A program made the position numbers and the translations under genes. DNA of 64,000 bases from Macrostomum hystrix (lineage: Eukaryota > Animalia > Platyhelminthes), in assembly GCA_950097015.1 (NCBI GenBank), contig CATNEN010000007.1, positions 558,001 through 622,000 of the forward strand, given 5' to 3'. Positions 59,863 through 64,000 of this stretch are shown piece after piece (position 1 is the first letter of the stretch; every line of letters starts with the position of its first letter). The notes beneath the pieces were generated by a model, which was given only the letters and a program-made list of their open reading frames with translations, ran no database searches and was not told where the DNA came from.

Positions 59863-62800
59863 ATGAAAACTAATCAAGAGAAGGAGGAAGAACCTGAGCC
59901 TACTGTAGAGTCAGAAGATATAAGAGAAAGAATTCAAGCCAGGCGACTCCGAATCGAAAAAAGAATCGAAGCACAAAGAAGGTATGGGTTGATTTATTGA
60001 ACAAGCTGCTGTCGTTAATAACTACAGATAAAAAGAAAGTAAAAAGCTTTATATAACTAAGCCGAATTTTTAGATTTTTTATTTGTATGTCATTTTCTTG
60101 TACTATTTGATCATACGTGTGCACCAATTACAATATAAAAAAGATAAGTGACTGACTGGATAAGCTAGTGATGACTGGATAAACAGAACGGGCTCAATTC
60201 AACTAAATAAATAGTAGTATTACCTAAAATCACATTTTGCATCATGCAGTACAAATATTTAACTTCGGCAAGAAGACTCTGTTTTACTTATTACTGGTTT
60301 GTAGTATATAAATTAAAAGAAAACATTTTACTACTGTACTTATGAAGATTTTGGTATAGATAAAATTTTTTGATTTTTGGAAGTACATTATTTTAACTGA
60401 ACACATGTAAAAATATATGTATCTTTATAACCTAATGGGCATGTAATATATTGACTTGTAGCTAAATGCAGTAAGTGTTCAGTTGAAAATTAACTAACTC
60501 ATCTGAATTGGATAATGAGAAAATATTTTTGGACTACAATAGGATGGAGATTAAAATTACTGAGTTATAATGAAATGAGTCTGTGTGCTGAATTTTTATG
60601 AGTGTTTATTTTTTCACATAATAAAACTTAATATATATTTATGCACAAAAATGTAACGATGCATATGTAAAAATCTGGCATGTGCAAATAGATGGGACAT
60701 CTGTCTGTGCCACAAAAATGAACTGTAAAAGTTACATTAAAAAAAAACACTCTTGTTAATAATTGAACTCTATATATTATAGAGTGAGCAGGCAATTAGG
60801 GCTGCTGATAAAGTTTATTTATCGGCTGATTTATCCTCTTAAAACACTCAGGGCCGACGGCACAGATGAAGAAGAGGGTGTGAAGATCGAGGAGCTGAGC
60901 AAAAGCCTGAAGCAGATCGAGGCTAGCAGGCAGCGCAACACCAAACTGTTGCGCGATGGCAACGAGTTTCTTACGAATGTCCGCGTCGCTGGCGACGCCC
61001 GCGAGAATGCGCGTCGCATCGAGGATGATGAAGCCCGCCGATTGCGCCGCGAGAAACTGGAGGCCGAGGCCAAAGCCGCCACTGAGAAATTCGACGACAT
61101 CACCAAGAAATGGGAGATCGCCCTTCAGAAGGAGATTCCGCAGGTTGATTTATTTATTTAGTTATTTCTGTGAATCAGCATTTTGCTTGAAGCAATCACA
61201 GTGTGCCATTAAAGAACCTGTTACCGTTTCTCACACCTTCTAGGACCTGCACGAGATGCTTCAGGCTCAGCAGGAAGGCTGCGACTCTCTCATTGAGGAG
61301 AAGAACAAGCTCATCAATGAGCTGCTTTTCGAGCTAAAAGCCAAGGACGAGCTCTATGTGAAGGAGCTGAAGAAACAGTCGGAAGAAATTGACCTGCTTG
61401 TGGAGCGAATGGAAGAGCAGGTGCGCACAATGACGCGGGCGTACAAGCTGGAGCTACTCCAGATCGAGAAGGCATTCGTGCATCAACGAGAGGACACGAT
61501 GGAGCGCCAGACATCCGAGTGGGAGGCACTCATGAAGCAGATAGTTGATCGTCAGAACGAGTACCTGCAGGCTCGGCAGCTACGCGTTGACGACTTCGAA
61601 GATCAGCTGGCATCCCTGCGCACTCAACACGCCGAAGAGTTCAACGAGCTGAAAGTGACACTGGAGCAGGACGTTGAACGGCTGCAACAGCAGGTGCAGA
61701 TGATGAAGGCTACGTTCCAGCTGAATCTGGAGAAGCTTGAGTACAACTTTCAGGTGTTGAAGAAGCGAGAGGAGGACAACACGCAGACAAAGTCGCTGCA
61801 GAAGCGAAAGATCACTCGCCTGCAGGACGCGCTTAACAATCTGCGGGTCAAGCTGCGCAAGCAGGAGAAAGAATTCAAGCAGCAGAACGAGCAGCTCACG
61901 GAGGACTACAGGTAAGTAAAATCATTGACCTATCATTTCCTGTCAGAGACGTATGACCTCCAGCAAGTTAGCAACGGATAAGCACACAATAAGTAAATGC
62001 CCGAAAATTTATCAATGCAGGCGCGTCACCGAACAATTCCGCGACCTGATGAAGAAGGCCAAGAATCTTCTTGGCGCCGATGGCAAGAAGTTCCACGACA
62101 TCTGGTTGATGAACGAGGAGGAAGCCAAGCGCCTAGCCGAGCGTCTGCTAGCCGCAGACCGAGTGCTTCACGAGCAGCAGCTCGGCATTCCGTGGTCTGA
62201 GCCCGAGTGCACCTTCCTAGACAACGTCGGTCCGGTCGTTAGCGCCGCCGACCGTGCCAAGAGTGTCCCAGTCGCGCAAGTTGTTCGCGACATGCTCAGC
62301 CGCGAGGGCGGTGACGGTCCCGGCCTTGAACAGTTAAGCTCAGTGGATGAGGCCCGTGGCCTAGCCGCCCGTGAGCTCAACCCGTCCGTGGTGCGCTCTG
62401 TGCTGGAGCTCGTCTGCGACGAGGCCGGCTTCCTCATCGAGAAGAAGCTGAAGACGTTGCTGGCTCCGTTAGACAAGGACGAGCGCAGCCTGATGCAGCT
62501 GGACGCGGTGTTCTCCGCTCTCGGTATCACCTCAGAGGAGGAGATCGACCGGATGCTACCCTACTTTCTGCAGGACGGCGACGCCGAGGAGTCGCCAGAA
62601 GACGATCCAGAAAAGGAGGGAGCTGTGGGCGGCGGCGGCGGCTCAGAGGCCGGCTCCGGGGAAGAAGAGATTCGGCGAATCGTGTCACCCACGGACGGCT
62701 CCAAGGTGACCTTGATTCACCCCAATCGAGTGCGACGAGCTCTGCGAAGCTTCGTCCAGGTGAGATGGCATCGGGACATTAGCTTGTGCAGCCGGTCTAA

Positions 62801-63453
62801 ACTGGTAACTTGGGTTCCAGAAGGTGTCGGAGTCTTGCACAGGCCATTTGTTATGTTGAGTTACTGAGTTAAAAAAGCGAATTTTAACCCTTCATTAATC
62901 ACTGCGAAAGGTTATGCTTCGCTCATGTAGCCCCAGCCCGTATTGTTGGCTCAAGCTTAGTGTATGAGTACTACAGTTATGAAGGACGTCCTTGACTTGG
63001 CTTACCAGGAACTTCAGCGCAACCACCAACAGCGCCAGCGTCAGGGCCAGGGCGGCGGCCAACAGCAGTTCACGCTGAAGGACATCGAAGAGCGCGACGA
63101 CTCCGAGGACGCGGCCTATTGGGCCAGATTTGGCTCGCTGATCGACTCCGATAAGGAAGCATTGTGGGACGCCCTCCTGGCGGGCATGGAGAAGTACAGC
63201 GGCGTGCTGCAGAGCCGTGCCAGCCTGCTAAACGAGACGGACGCCCTGCGGCTGCAGAACGCCGAGCTGAGGCACCTGCTGCAGCAGTACGTCACCTCCA
63301 AGGTGGGTGAAACAGTCTTCATATGCAATTTACACACACGAGGGAATGCCGATTGAGTGCCTTAATTGACGCACATATCGAAAACCCTTTCAGGTGAACC
63401 AGGAGCTCGAGATTCCGCCCACACGAGTGATGCAGCTGGATCGATTGGGTTGA
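59863..63453 (+). CDS. DRC1: Dynein regulatory complex subunit 1 (CCDC164), 6 exons, ~723 aa
   Basis: Exons 59863-59981, 60852-61143, 61244-61911, 62021-62759, 63009-63302 and 63394-63453. Motifs ERIQARRLRI, KFDDITKKW, EEKNKLINEL, ERMEEQV, LNLEKLEYNFQVLKKR and VNQELEIPPT. AATAAA at 63453. The exon 5 acceptor is the least certain call. Confidence 0.93.
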
Positions 63454-64000
63454 ATAAAGCTTCATCGTGGCCTCATCAATGGATCCAGATTTTTTACCTT
63501 TCTAAATATTTTTTAATTTCGTGACATGAAATAAAACTTATTACTTTTCGCAAGCACTTGAATACAGAGACGTACTTTATAGATCAGAGTGAAGTTGTGC
63601 GGAAAATTCTTTCTTTTCTCTGTTTGTTATATAGCTCAGTGTGTGAAATAACTCGACTCTCTAACAGGTCTTTGTGATACCTTGATGCTCTACGCTTATA
63701 AATTTTCTATTATCTATTCTGGAAAAAAGTCCCTTAAAAAGAAAAAAAATAAATGCGACATTTTTTTATTACGAGGTACTTTAACAGAAAAATTAGCTCC
63801 TAAAAAGAATTTGTGTTACGATAATTTCTTTTTGCACTTTAGTTTCTTTTTTTCGCAGTTTTAGTGCGATCATAAAACTTAATTAAAAATTCAGGAAGGT
63901 AGACATTCCGCTTTTATGCGCTATAAATATTGCGATAATTTATCATCAAAGGTCTATGTCCGAAGGACATTTCAGATTGCATGAGTCATCAGTTTCGCTA

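Overview
Intron-containing metazoan genomic DNA. It has GT-AG genes and a motile-cilia gene; the style suggests a flatworm such as Macrostomum, but that is unverified inference. There are no prokaryotic features, rRNA genes or CRISPR arrays. Host genes: (i) three related loci (A 8640-14778, B 25370-30435, C 33716-40304, all +) encoding type I membrane receptors with an N-terminal F-type-lectin-like domain, up to 8 Ig-like domains, a TM helix and, in B and C, ITSM-type tyrosine motifs; C reads open across 20 exons, while A and B carry lesions; (ii) an 8-exon bestrophin gene (- strand); (iii) a 6-exon DRC1/CCDC164 gene (+). Mobile DNA is dense and nested. It includes an intact-ORF Mag-type Ty3/Gypsy element whose LTRs carry three heat-shock elements next to a TATA box, a decayed Ngaro/DIRS-type tyrosine-recombinase retroelement split by a solo LTR, two further solo or partial LTRs, and RTE-like LINE 3' ends. 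A non-autonomous Gypsy element carries a full-length APE-RT-RNaseH LINE with a 97-bp 5' monomer array. There are also tRNA-derived CORE-like SINEs, a piggyBac remnant, several minisatellites and a 4.5-kb segmental duplication. The two strongest leads are the lectin-Ig-ITSM receptor cluster and the heat-shock-promoter LTR. All exon, repeat and motif calls were made by eye; no database searches were run.
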